Assembly: GCA_017396395.1 (NCBI GenBank)
Contig: JAFQMF010000015.1
Location: forward strand, 139,940 to 203,939
Length of the DNA: 64,000 nucleotides
Reading direction: 5' to 3'
Source: Clostridia bacterium
Lineage (GTDB): Bacteria; Bacillota; Clostridia; RUG12999
Within the stretch, counting starts at the first letter, position 1. Every line of letters starts with the position of its first letter. Positions 20,597 through 33,879 of this stretch are shown piece by piece. The notes beneath the pieces were generated by a model. The model ran no database searches and had not been told where the DNA came from. It worked only from the letters and a program-made list of their open reading frames with translations. Both the position numbers and the translations under genes were made by a program.

Positions 20597-20649
20597 TTGA
20601 GAATAAAAAATCTCCTTTTGTTAATGATAAATAAAAAGGAGATTTTTTT

Positions 20650-21078
20650 ATGTGGGGATTTATTTTTAGTGTTTTAGCAGGCGCTGCTATGAGTATTCAG
20701 GGAGTATGGAATACAAGGTTGCAGGAAAAAGTGGGACTTTGGGAAGTTACTGCCTTTGTACAAGGTACAGGTTTTTTGCTGGCTTTGCTTGTTGCATTAT
20801 TTTTTGGCAATGGTAATATTAAGGAGATTGCAGATGCAAATAAGCTTTATCTTTTAGGAGGAGCACTTGGCATTATTATTACCTTTGCTGTTATGAAGGG
20901 AATGGGTGCTTTAGGACCGACAGTAGCGGTTTCGGCAATACTTATTTCACAGCTTACAGTTGCGGCTTTAATTGATGCTTTTGGGCTTTTTGGCACAGAA
21001 AAATCACCATTTGGGTTGCTTAAATTTGTAGGTATTGGCCTTATGATAGGCGGAGTGGTGTTATTTAAATTAAAATAA
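20650..21078 (+). CDS. Small DMT-like membrane protein (DUF606/YdcZ-type)
   Basis: 142 aa with 4 TM helices. The AAAAGGAGA RBS is embedded in the upstream hairpin. Confidence 0.5.
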   Translation: MWGFIFSVLAGAAMSIQGVWNTRLQEKVGLWEVTAFVQGTGFLLALLVALFFGNGNIKEIADANKLYLLGGALGIIITFAVMKGMGALGPTVAVSAILISQLTVAALIDAFGLFGTEKSPFGLLKFVGIGLMIGGVVLFKLK

Positions 21079-21087
21079 AATATGTAA

Positions 21088-21130
21088 AAAAAGCGGGTAT
21101 TTGTTATTTAACAAATACCCGCTTAATGTT
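21088..21130. terminator. Bidirectional terminator (DMT-like gene / PFOR)
   Basis: aagcgggtatttgtta-ttt-aacaaatacccgctt hairpin. Confidence 0.6.
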
Positions 21131-21157
21131 ATGATTCTAGGAATTTATAATTGATAA

Positions 21158-24718
<3,561 letters not shown>

Positions 24719-24785
24719 TTATTTATATATTATTCAATTACAAAGGCATAAGAGGTTTCTTACGCCTCTGCAAAGAATTATACAC

Positions 24786-26123
<1,338 letters not shown>

Positions 26124-26151
26124 TTATGTAAAGAGAATACCACAGTCAGGA

Positions 26152-27663
26152 TTAATCTATAAGAGATTTTCCTGACATTTCCTGTGGAACTTCAAGTCCC
26201 ATCATTGTAAGCATTGTAGGGGCAAGGTCAGAAAGACCACCATTATGAAGTTTACCTTCATATCCAATCATTACAAGAGGAACTGGGTTTGTTGTATGTG
26301 CAGTAAAGGGACCGCCGTCAGTATCCTGCATACAGTCCGCATTACCATGGTCTGCAGTAATTAAAAGTGCACCGCCTTTAGCTGTTATTGCATCAACTAC
26401 TTTGCCAAGACATTCATCAACTGTTTCAACTGCTTTGATTGCTGCATCCATAATGCCTGTATGACCAACCATATCGCAGTTTGCAAAGTTAAGAATAATA
26501 ACATCATATTTGTCACTTTCAATGCGTTTTAATACTTCTTCTGTAACAAGATATGCACTCATTTCAGGCTGAAGGTCATAGGTTGCAACCTTAGGAGATG
26601 GGATAAGAGCTCTATCCTCGCCCTCGTAAACCTTTTCAACCCCTCCGTTAAAGAAGAAAGTAACATGTGCATATTTTTCTGTTTCAGCAATTCTAAGCTG
26701 AGATAATCCCTGTTTGCTTAAATATTCGCCTAAAGTATTAACAAGCTGCTGAGGTTTGAAAGCTATATCCACATTAGGCATAGATGCGTCATACTGTGTC
26801 ATACATACATAATATACCTTGTTAAAAGTTTTTCTCTCAAAACCATTAAAATCAGTATCTACAAAGCAACGGGTAATTTCACGTGCACGGTCAGGACGGA
26901 AGTTGAAAAAGACAATACTGTCATTTTCTTCTACCTTTGCACCCCCACATATAACTGTAGGAAGGACAAATTCATCAAATACCTCACCAGCATATGAATT
27001 TGTTACAGCCGTTACAGCATCATCTGCCTGTTCACCCTCTGCCAAAGCAATAGCATTGTATGCTTTTTCTACTCTTTCCCAGCGATTATCTCTGTCCATA
27101 CCATAATATCTGCCGGAAATGGTAGCAATTTTACCTACACCAATTTCTTTAAGCTGCTTCTCCAGCTCTGCCACAAAACCTTCAGCAGAGTTAGGGGGAA
27201 CATCACGACCATCTAAAAGACAGTGAATGTTTACATCCGAAAGTTCATATTTTTTTGCCATTTTTACAAGGGCATAAAGATGAGTGTTGTGAGAATGTAC
27301 ACCGCCATTTGAAAGAAGCCCGATAAGGTGTAGCTTGCTGCCATTTTTCTTACAATTCTCCATTGCTGTTTTAAGAGCAGGATTTTCAAAGAAATCCCCA
27401 TCCTCAATAGATTTAGTAATTCTTGTAAGCTCCTGATAAACAACTCTGCCTGCACCAATATTTGTATGACCAACCTCTGAGTTACCCATTTGTCCCTCAG
27501 GAAGTCCTACAGCAAGACCACTTGCATTAAGCTGAGTGTAAGGATAGCTTGCAAGGTATTTATCCATATTTGGAGTTTTTGCTTTTGATATTGCACTTAC
27601 GGAAGAATCCTGAGTCATTCCGTAACCATCCATAATAACTAAAGCCAGAGGCTTTTTAGCCAT
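26152..27663 (-). CDS. gpmI: 2,3-bisphosphoglycerate-independent phosphoglycerate mutase (iPGM)
   Basis: 503 aa. Canonical GpmI, including the phosphoserine/metal-binding regions. Confidence 0.93.
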   Translation of the reverse strand: MAKKPLALVIMDGYGMTQDSSVSAISKAKTPNMDKYLASYPYTQLNASGLAVGLPEGQMGNSEVGHTNIGAGRVVYQELTRITKSIEDGDFFENPALKTAMENCKKNGSKLHLIGLLSNGGVHSHNTHLYALVKMAKKYELSDVNIHCLLDGRDVPPNSAEGFVAELEKQLKEIGVGKIATISGRYYGMDRDNRWERVEKAYNAIALAEGEQADDAVTAVTNSYAGEVFDEFVLPTVICGGAKVEENDSIVFFNFRPDRAREITRCFVDTDFNGFERKTFNKVYYVCMTQYDASMPNVDIAFKPQQLVNTLGEYLSKQGLSQLRIAETEKYAHVTFFFNGGVEKVYEGEDRALIPSPKVATYDLQPEMSAYLVTEEVLKRIESDKYDVIILNFANCDMVGHTGIMDAAIKAVETVDECLGKVVDAITAKGGALLITADHGNADCMQDTDGGPFTAHTTNPVPLVMIGYEGKLHNGGLSDLAPTMLTMMGLEVPQEMSGKSLID

Positions 27664-27675
27664 AGTATTTACCTC

Positions 27676-28434
27676 CTAAGCATTTGTTGCAGCATTAATA
27701 ATTGTGCAGAAGTCAGGAGCCTTAAGGCTTGCACCGCCAATAAGTCCTCCGTCAATATCTGACTGAGCAAGAAGACCTGCAGCATTTCCAGCATTCATAC
27801 TTCCACCATAAAGAATTCTCATTGTATCTGCAACATCTGTTCCGTAAAGAGCTGTAATCTGCTGACGGATAAATGCACAAACTTCGTTAGCCTGTTCATC
27901 AGTAGCAGTTTTACCTGTACCGATAGCCCAGATAGGTTCATAAGCAATTACAACCTTTTTTGCATCTTCAGCAGAAATACCGTTAAGAGCAAGTTTAACC
28001 TGCATTGCAATAAAATCAAAAGCGACACCGCTTTCTCTCTGCTCTAAAGATTCTCCCACACAAACAATAGGAACAATATCATTTTCAAGAGCTTTGATTG
28101 TTTTAAGATTAACTGTTTTATCAGTTTCTGCAAAATATTCTCTTCTTTCAGAGTGGCCAATAACTGTGTAAGTTACACCAACCTCTTTAAGCATAGCTGC
28201 GGAAATTTCTCCTGTGAATGCACCCTTATCTTCAAAATGCATATTTTCAGCAGAAACAGCAATTTTGCTGCCATTTGCAGCCTGTACAGCAGCAGGAAGA
28301 CAGATGTAAGGAGTACATACAACTACATCACAGCTTGCAGCATTTGCAGTTTCTTTAATTTCATTTATAAGAGCAACACCCTGTGAAGGAGTATTGTTCA
28401 TTTTCCAGTTACCTGCAATAAGTTTAGTTCTCAT
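27676..28434 (-). CDS. tpiA: Triose-phosphate isomerase
   Basis: Canonical TIM motifs (GNWKMN, catalytic His in GHSERR, AYEPIWAIGTG). Confidence 0.95.
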   Translation of the reverse strand: MRTKLIAGNWKMNNTPSQGVALINEIKETANAASCDVVVCTPYICLPAAVQAANGSKIAVSAENMHFEDKGAFTGEISAAMLKEVGVTYTVIGHSERREYFAETDKTVNLKTIKALENDIVPIVCVGESLEQRESGVAFDFIAMQVKLALNGISAEDAKKVVIAYEPIWAIGTGKTATDEQANEVCAFIRQQITALYGTDVADTMRILYGGSMNAGNAAGLLAQSDIDGGLIGGASLKAPDFCTIINAATNA

Positions 28435-28463
28435 TTTTAGTATGTCCTTTCAAGTGAAATTTA

Positions 28464-29651
28464 TTATTTATCTTCAAGACAAGCAATACCGGGAAGCTCA
28501 AGACCTTCAAGGAACTCAAGACTTGCACCGCCACCTGTTGAAATATGTGACATTTTATCAGCAAAGCCAAGCTGTTCAACAGCTGCAGCAGAGTCGCCGC
28601 CACCAATAATTGTAGTAGCATCTGCATCTGCAACCATCTGTGCAACTGCAATTGTACCCTTTGCAAAATTGCTCATTTCAAATACGCCCATAGGTCCGTT
28701 CCATACAACAGTCTTTGCACTAAGAATTGTTTCTTTGAAAAGTTCAATTGTCTTAGGACCAATATCCATACCTTCATAATCATCAGGAATGTTCATTGAT
28801 TCAACAACCTGAATGTTAGCATCATTACTGAAGTCATCTGCAACAACGTTGTCGATTGGAAGAAGAATTTTAACATTCTTTTCTTTTGCTTTAGCAAGAA
28901 TTTCTTTACAGTAATCAAGTCTGTCGGCATCTAAAAGAGATTTACCAATGTTTCCGCCCATAGCCTTAATAAATGTATAAGCCATACCACCACCAATAAC
29001 AATAGCATCAACTTTTTCAAGAAGGTTATTAATTACGCCAATTTTATCCTTAACTTTAGCACCGCCAAGAATTGCAACAAAAGGACGGTCAGGGTTAGAA
29101 AGAGCCTTACCCATAAAATCAATTTCCTTTTTGATAAGGTAGCCGGATACTGCTGGAAGATAATCAGCAACACCTGCAGTAGAAGCGTGTGCTCTGTGAG
29201 CTGTACCAAATGCGTCGTTTACAAAGATATCAGCAAAAGATGCAAGTGCTTTTGCAAAATCAGCATCATTCTTTTCTTCTTCTGCATGGAAACGAACATT
29301 TTCAAGAAGAATAACATCTCCGTCGTTAAGACCTGCAACAAGTTCTTTTGCACTGTCACCAATAACATCCTTTGCAAGTTTTACTTCCTTTCCAAGTTTT
29401 TCAGAAAGTCTTTTTGCAACAGGTGCAAGGCTGTATTTCATATTGAATTCGCCCTTAGGTCTTCCCATATGTGAGCAAAGAATAACCTTTGCACCATTTT
29501 CAGAAAGATACTTAATGGTGGGAAGTGCACCTACAATTCTGTTTTCGTCTGTAATGTTGCCTTCACCATCAAGGGGAACATTAAAGTCACATCTTACAAG
29601 GACTTTTTTACCGCTAACGGCAATGTCTTCAACTGTTTTCTTGTTTAACAT
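28464..29651 (-). CDS. pgk: Phosphoglycerate kinase
   Basis: Canonical Pgk motifs (RCDFNVP, GGGASLE). AAGAGGTG RBS 6 nt before the ATG. The track's longer start is a GTG. Confidence 0.95.
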   Translation of the reverse strand: MLNKKTVEDIAVSGKKVLVRCDFNVPLDGEGNITDENRIVGALPTIKYLSENGAKVILCSHMGRPKGEFNMKYSLAPVAKRLSEKLGKEVKLAKDVIGDSAKELVAGLNDGDVILLENVRFHAEEEKNDADFAKALASFADIFVNDAFGTAHRAHASTAGVADYLPAVSGYLIKKEIDFMGKALSNPDRPFVAILGGAKVKDKIGVINNLLEKVDAIVIGGGMAYTFIKAMGGNIGKSLLDADRLDYCKEILAKAKEKNVKILLPIDNVVADDFSNDANIQVVESMNIPDDYEGMDIGPKTIELFKETILSAKTVVWNGPMGVFEMSNFAKGTIAVAQMVADADATTIIGGGDSAAAVEQLGFADKMSHISTGGGASLEFLEGLELPGIACLEDK

Positions 29652-29682
29652 AAATAACACCTCTTATATAAAAATTTTACAT

Positions 29683-29722
29683 TTTAACACTGCTGTTTTT
29701 TTGCCCAACAAAAGGACAGCAG
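29683..29722 (-). other. Stem-loop in the pgk 5' leader
   Basis: Transcribed strand reads cgctgctgt-N20-acagcagtg, an 8/9-bp stem, about 40 nt upstream of the pgk RBS. Confidence 0.4.
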
Positions 29723-29739
29723 CGTGCATAATATTAGTT

Positions 29740-29768
29740 ATTATACACCATATATTATTTTACAACAA
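29740..29768 (-). promoter_or_regulatory. Sigma-A promoter of the pgk-tpiA-gpmI-eno operon
   Basis: Minus strand reads TTGTTG, 17-nt spacer, TGtTATAAT (extended -10), about 100 nt upstream of pgk. Confidence 0.45.
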
Positions 29769-29840
29769 AAGGGAAAAAAATGCAAGAGATTTTACTAATT
29801 TTTTCTATATTTATTTATATTGACAAAAATTTAACTGAAA

Positions 29841-29871
29841 ATGTTGTACATATTGGACATTTATACAACAT
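29841..29871. promoter_or_regulatory. Inverted repeat ATGTTGTA-N15-TACAACAT upstream of the PPTase promoter
   Basis: Perfect 8-bp arms, centred about 50 nt upstream of the -35 of the 29967 gene. Confidence 0.35.
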
Positions 29872-29903
29872 ATGAAAAGAAAATCAAAGGCAAATAAAAA
29901 AAC

Positions 29904-29932
29904 TTGCAAAAATTTGTATTTTGGTATAAAAT
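29904..29932 (+). promoter_or_regulatory. Sigma-A-type promoter of the PPTase gene
   Basis: TTGCAA, 17-nt spacer, TGgTATAAAAT. Confidence 0.45.
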
Positions 29933-29966
29933 TTAATTAGCTTTATAAAAAGGGAAGTGATATAAA

Positions 29967-30605
29967 ATGAAATTGTATATAGGAAATATAGACGAAATAA
30001 TTAATAATGGAAAATACCGACCTTTTTTAAAGTCAGCAGAGAAGGATGATTATGTTAAAAATAAATGGAGTAAAAATAATAAGAGAAATAAAGAAATTAT
30101 AGCAAGCTATATCCTAATCAGAAGTTTTGTTTCTAAGGATAATAAAATACTTTTTACGGATATGAAAAAGCCATATATTTCAGGCTTTAGCAACTTTAAT
30201 ATTAGCCACAGCGATGATATGATATGCTTGTGTACCGATGAAGATTATATTGGTGTTGATTTGCAAAAAATATCAGAATATAGAAAAAGAGCTGCACGGG
30301 CTATCTTCTCTGAAGAGGAAATAAAATATATAGAAAACGCGGAAAATAAGGACGGAATATTTACACTGCTTTGGACCATAAAAGAGGCATATGGAAAAAA
30401 GCTGGGAGATGGACTGGGAAAACATCTTAAAAAAACAAATTTCCTTTCGATAATAGAAAAAACAGAGCAGATATGCTTTGAACATAACGGCTCTGTCTTG
30501 GTGTGTTCATATAATAATTATTATTTTTATATTTCTAAAATAAAAAATTATTATATAACTGTATGCTCAGATAAAAAAGATAAGCTTGAGATTATATATC
30601 TGTAA
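29967..30605 (+). CDS. Sfp-type 4'-phosphopantetheinyl transferase (orphan)
   Basis: All Sfp-family motifs are present (KEIIASYILIRSF, KKP, FNISHSDDM, IGVDLQKI, LWTIKEAYGKKLG). The gene is markedly more AT-rich than its neighbours. Confidence 0.8.
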   Translation: MKLYIGNIDEIINNGKYRPFLKSAEKDDYVKNKWSKNNKRNKEIIASYILIRSFVSKDNKILFTDMKKPYISGFSNFNISHSDDMICLCTDEDYIGVDLQKISEYRKRAARAIFSEEEIKYIENAENKDGIFTLLWTIKEAYGKKLGDGLGKHLKKTNFLSIIEKTEQICFEHNGSVLVCSYNNYYFYISKIKNYYITVCSDKKDKLEIIYL

Positions 30606-31443
30606 GAACAGATTTTATTTCACATATTTTCTCTGAACATCTGGTATATCCATGGTCATAAAGACCTTTTAATATTTTAGGATTATTTTCAAACCTTTTA
30701 ATATTTATTTGTTCGCATAATGGTGAAATAACAACTGTATTGCCATTTTTTTCTAATTCTTTAATTTTTACTTGTGAATTTTTATATACAAGATGTCTGT
30801 CTGAAATTACCCTGATAAATTCAGGGTAATTTTTATATAGTTTTGTATAGGCAGTTTTGAATTTTTCAGGAGTTTTCTTGTGTTCAGTTTCTCTTGTCAG
30901 AACAACTACCAATCTGTCGCATCCGTCTAATAATGCTCTGTTTATGGGAATAGGGTCGCCTATACCCCCATCCATATATTTTTTTCCGTTTATTTCAATA
31001 GGCTTTGCAACAATAGGCAGAGAGCAGGAAGCACGAAGGGGTGAAAATTTGTTATCTAAATCACTTTTGGTAAAATATTTAACTTTACCTGTTTCAATAT
31101 TGGTTGCTCCCATTTTAAGCTCCACAGTAGAATTTTCTAATGCTTTAAAGTCAAAAGGGTCAAGCTTGTTTGGAATTTCATCAAATATAAAATCCATACC
31201 AAATATAGATTTGGTTTTTACAAGGTTTTTGATGCTTAAATATCTTGAGTCAGGTGCATAGTCAAGATTTATTCTAAGTCCTCTGCCATACTGACCAGAT
31301 ATATATGAAAGTGCATGACAGGCACCTGCAGATACACCCACTATATAATCAAAAGTAATACCACATTCCAGTAAAGCGTCAAGAACACCGATAGTAAAAA
31401 AACCTCTCATTCCGCCGCCTTCCAGTACAAGACCGGTTTTCAT
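30592..31443 (-). CDS. Patatin-like phospholipase
   Basis: GGGMRG oxyanion motif, GVSAG nucleophile elbow and a DGG catalytic Asp motif. Its 3' end overlaps the PPTase gene by 14 nt, convergently. Confidence 0.85.
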   Translation of the reverse strand: MKTGLVLEGGGMRGFFTIGVLDALLECGITFDYIVGVSAGACHALSYISGQYGRGLRINLDYAPDSRYLSIKNLVKTKSIFGMDFIFDEIPNKLDPFDFKALENSTVELKMGATNIETGKVKYFTKSDLDNKFSPLRASCSLPIVAKPIEINGKKYMDGGIGDPIPINRALLDGCDRLVVVLTRETEHKKTPEKFKTAYTKLYKNYPEFIRVISDRHLVYKNSQVKIKELEKNGNTVVISPLCEQINIKRFENNPKILKGLYDHGYTRCSEKICEIKSVLTDI

Positions 31444-31517
31444 TTTTTCCACATCCTAATTATTTTTCTTATATTTTACCACAAATTAAGTAAAAAAATA
31501 AATAGAATATAAAAAAG

Positions 31518-31850
31518 TTAATATATTATATTATATTTTCCGGGAATAATCAGCACTTGACCTGCTGAAACATCCGAATTATTCAGGTTGTTTAATTTAA
31601 TAATATCATTTATAATTTTTCTGTTGTCGTAGCTTCCGTCATTACACATAGAAGCAATAGACCAAAGTGTATCTCCGTATGTTACCACAAATTCCTCGCT
31701 GTGTTCATATGCAGACATAGCAGAATTACTGATTTTATCAGTGAGGGAGAGAGTTCCGAATACTCCTGAAAAAATTACAACCATAGAAAGGAGAAACTTT
31801 GCAATATTAATTTTTACTCTTGTTTTTCTTCCGTGAATAATAATAGTCAT
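31518..31850 (-). CDS. yneA: YneA-like SOS-induced cell-division inhibitor (TM anchor + LysM)
   Basis: About 110 aa from the ATG at 31850, which has a GAAAGGA RBS. N-terminal TM helix and C-terminal LysM (VTYGDTLWSIA...AGQVLIIP). Divergent from lexA and preceded by Cheo boxes. Confidence 0.65.
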   Translation of the reverse strand: MTIIIHGRKTRVKINIAKFLLSMVVIFSGVFGTLSLTDKISNSAMSAYEHSEEFVVTYGDTLWSIASMCNDGSYDNRKIINDIIKLNNLNNSDVSAGQVLIIPGKYNIIY

Positions 31851-31886
31851 AATAAAAATTCCTTTCAAAAGATAATCAAATTATGC

Positions 31887-31898
31887 GAATATATGTTC
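31887..31898. promoter_or_regulatory. LexA (Cheo) box variant GAATATATGTTC
   Basis: One mismatch to GAAC-N4-GTTC, in the 5' UTR of the yneA-like gene. Confidence 0.45.
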
Positions 31899-31901
31899 CT
31901 A

Positions 31902-31913
31902 GAACATCTGTTC
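31902..31913. promoter_or_regulatory. LexA (Cheo) box GAACATCTGTTC
   Basis: Perfect GAAC-N4-GTTC palindrome in the yneA-like 5' UTR. Confidence 0.7.
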
Positions 31914-31921
31914 TATTGATG

Positions 31922-31950
31922 ATTATAACAGAACATTTGTTCTTTGTCAA
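31922..31950 (-). promoter_or_regulatory. Sigma-A promoter of the yneA-like gene, with a LexA box in the spacer
   Basis: Minus strand reads TTGACA, 17-nt spacer, TATAAT. The spacer contains GAACAAATGTTC. Confidence 0.65.
31931..31942. promoter_or_regulatory. LexA (Cheo) box GAACATTTGTTC
   Basis: Perfect palindrome inside the yneA-like promoter spacer. Confidence 0.7.
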
Positions 31951-31979
31951 TATTTTTTGGTAAAAAAACTAAAAAAAAA

Positions 31980-31991
31980 GAACAAATGTTT
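31980..31991. promoter_or_regulatory. LexA box GAACAAATGTTT overlapping the lexA -35
   Basis: 11/12 match to the Cheo box, overlapping TTGACA of the lexA promoter (autoregulation). Confidence 0.55.
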
Positions 31992-32018
31992 GACAAACCC
32001 CTTTTGGTGTGATAAAAT
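31990..32018 (+). promoter_or_regulatory. Sigma-A promoter of lexA
   Basis: TTGACA, 17-nt spacer, TGtGATAAAAT. Confidence 0.55.
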
Positions 32019-32062
32019 ATTAATAGAAAAATATTGCGGTATTTGACAGAAAGGATGTTGTT

Positions 32063-32698
32063 ATGTCTAAGAAGAACGAAGATATGAAACTGAAAATACT
32101 GGATTATATATCTGAGCATACAAAGGAGTATGGCTATCCTCCTTCTGTAAGAGAAATATGTGCAAAAGTAGGGCTTAGCTCGCCTTCTACTGTTCACGGA
32201 TATCTTGAACGTATGTCAAAAGAGGGTATGATTGAAAAGGATTCCACCAAAACCCGTGCTATAAGGGTTAAAAAAGAAGAGGAATCTTCACCGCTTGTTA
32301 AAGCGGTTGGAAAGGAAGAATTTGTAGAAGTTCCCGTTGTGGGAAAGGTTGCTGCTGGAATGCCTATTACTGCGGTGGAAAATGCAACTGATTTATTTCC
32401 GCTTCCTTCAAGATATGTAAAAAGCAGTGAAGTTTTTATGCTGAAGGTAAGCGGCGAAAGTATGATTAACGCAGGGATTTTTGATGGCGATTTGGTAATT
32501 GTACAAAAACAAGAAACAGCAAAAAATGGTGAAATAGTTGTTGCTCTTATTGAGGATAGTGCAACTGTTAAAACATTTTATAAGGAAAAGAACGGCAGAA
32601 TAAGACTTCAGCCTGAAAATGATAATATGGAGCCTATTTATCCTGACGAAATGCAGGTTATAGGTAAGGTGGTGGGTCTTTTTCGAACAATGATTTAA
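32063..32698 (+). CDS. lexA: SOS repressor LexA
   Basis: N-terminal winged HTH and C-terminal S24 peptidase domain. Cleavage site AAG and Ser/Lys dyad (GESM...K) are present. Confidence 0.95.
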   Translation: MSKKNEDMKLKILDYISEHTKEYGYPPSVREICAKVGLSSPSTVHGYLERMSKEGMIEKDSTKTRAIRVKKEEESSPLVKAVGKEEFVEVPVVGKVAAGMPITAVENATDLFPLPSRYVKSSEVFMLKVSGESMINAGIFDGDLVIVQKQETAKNGEIVVALIEDSATVKTFYKEKNGRIRLQPENDNMEPIYPDEMQVIGKVVGLFRTMI

Positions 32699-32727
32699 AT
32701 TGTATATATTATTAAGGAGAGAAAAAA

Positions 32728-33801
32728 ATGGCAAAGTTTTTTGAAAAAGTAAAGAGGTTTTTAGAAAGAAAAGATATTGTATTTTCTGTTAAAAGATATG
32801 GCATAGATGCACTTGGAGCTATGGCACAAGGACTTTTCGCATCTTTATTAATAGGAACAATTATTTCTACAATTGGTACTCAATTTGGAATTGATGTTTT
32901 AAAAACAGTAGGAGATTATGCAAAAGCGGCAGCCGGACCTGCAATGGCAGTATCTATTGCAATGGCACTTAAATGCCCGCCTCTTGTATTATTTTCTATG
33001 GTAGCAGTAGGTATTTCTGCAAATGAACTGGGGGGTGCAGGAGGACCTTTAGCTGTATTGTTTATTGCAATTATTGCATCAGAATTTGGCAAGCTTGTAA
33101 GTAAAGAAACAAAGGTGGATATTATCGTAACTCCTTTTGTTACTATATTTATTGGAGTTATGCTTTCCATAACCTGTGCTCCGTACATAGGAAAAGCAGC
33201 AAGCTCAGTAGGCAGTGTAATTATGTGGGCAACAGAACAGCAACCATTTATTATGGGAATTATAGTTTCCGTAGTAGTAGGTGTTGCTCTTACACTTCCC
33301 ATAAGCTCTGCAGCAATCTGTGCAGCTCTCAGCCTTACAGGTCTTGCTGGCGGTGCAGCTCTTGCAGGCTGTTGTGCAAATATGGTAGGCTTTGCAGTAA
33401 TGAGCTTTAAAGAAAACCGATATGGAGGTCTTATTTCTCAGGGAATAGGTACAAGCATGCTTCAAATGGGTAATATTGTAAAAAATCCTAAAATATGGAT
33501 TCCGCCTATAGTTTGTTCTGCTATTACAGGACCGCTTGCTACCTGTCTGTTTAAATTAGAAATGAACGGACCTGCTATTTCTTCCGGTATGGGTACCTGT
33601 GGATTTGTGGGTCAAATCGGTGTTTATACAGGCTGGATGGATAGTATTTCATCAGGAAGTATGAGTTCAATTACTCCATTTGACTGGGCAGGGCTTATAT
33701 TGATTTCATTTGTTCTTCCCGCAGTTATTACTCCGCTTCTTGCTATTCCCTTAAGAAAATGGGGTTGGATTAAGGAAAATGACTTAAAACTTGATATGTA
33801 G
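32728..33801 (+). CDS. PfoR-like / PTS-IIC-like polytopic membrane protein (COG3641-type)
   Basis: 357 aa, 10 or more TM helices, Gly/Ala-rich. Starts 29 nt after the lexA stop on the same strand. Family call is from memory. Confidence 0.5.
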   Translation: MAKFFEKVKRFLERKDIVFSVKRYGIDALGAMAQGLFASLLIGTIISTIGTQFGIDVLKTVGDYAKAAAGPAMAVSIAMALKCPPLVLFSMVAVGISANELGGAGGPLAVLFIAIIASEFGKLVSKETKVDIIVTPFVTIFIGVMLSITCAPYIGKAASSVGSVIMWATEQQPFIMGIIVSVVVGVALTLPISSAAICAALSLTGLAGGAALAGCCANMVGFAVMSFKENRYGGLISQGIGTSMLQMGNIVKNPKIWIPPIVCSAITGPLATCLFKLEMNGPAISSGMGTCGFVGQIGVYTGWMDSISSGSMSSITPFDWAGLILISFVLPAVITPLLAIPLRKWGWIKENDLKLDM

Positions 33802-33879
33802 AGAAAAATGGCGCAAGAACAGACAAAATATTAATAAATTATGAGAAAGCTTTACATATAGATAAAAAGGGGGTTAACT

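Noticed and set aside
20597-20649. Hairpin aaaaatctccttttt...aaaaaggagattttt between the COG2426 gene and the DUF606 gene
   Set aside because: I considered a riboswitch or attenuator. It is only a simple terminator-like stem whose 3' arm contains the RBS of the next gene. It may modulate read-through, but there is no evidence for a ligand-binding structure.
31851-31868. Track-proposed TTG start for the LysM protein (and similar TTG/GTG N-terminal extensions for pgk 29660, COG2426 20066, sigG 12079, rpsR 13231, rpsF 14105, sleL 43680)
   Set aside because: In each case a downstream ATG with a canonical RBS gives a protein matching the homolog's N-terminus. The extensions run through RBS or promoter elements.
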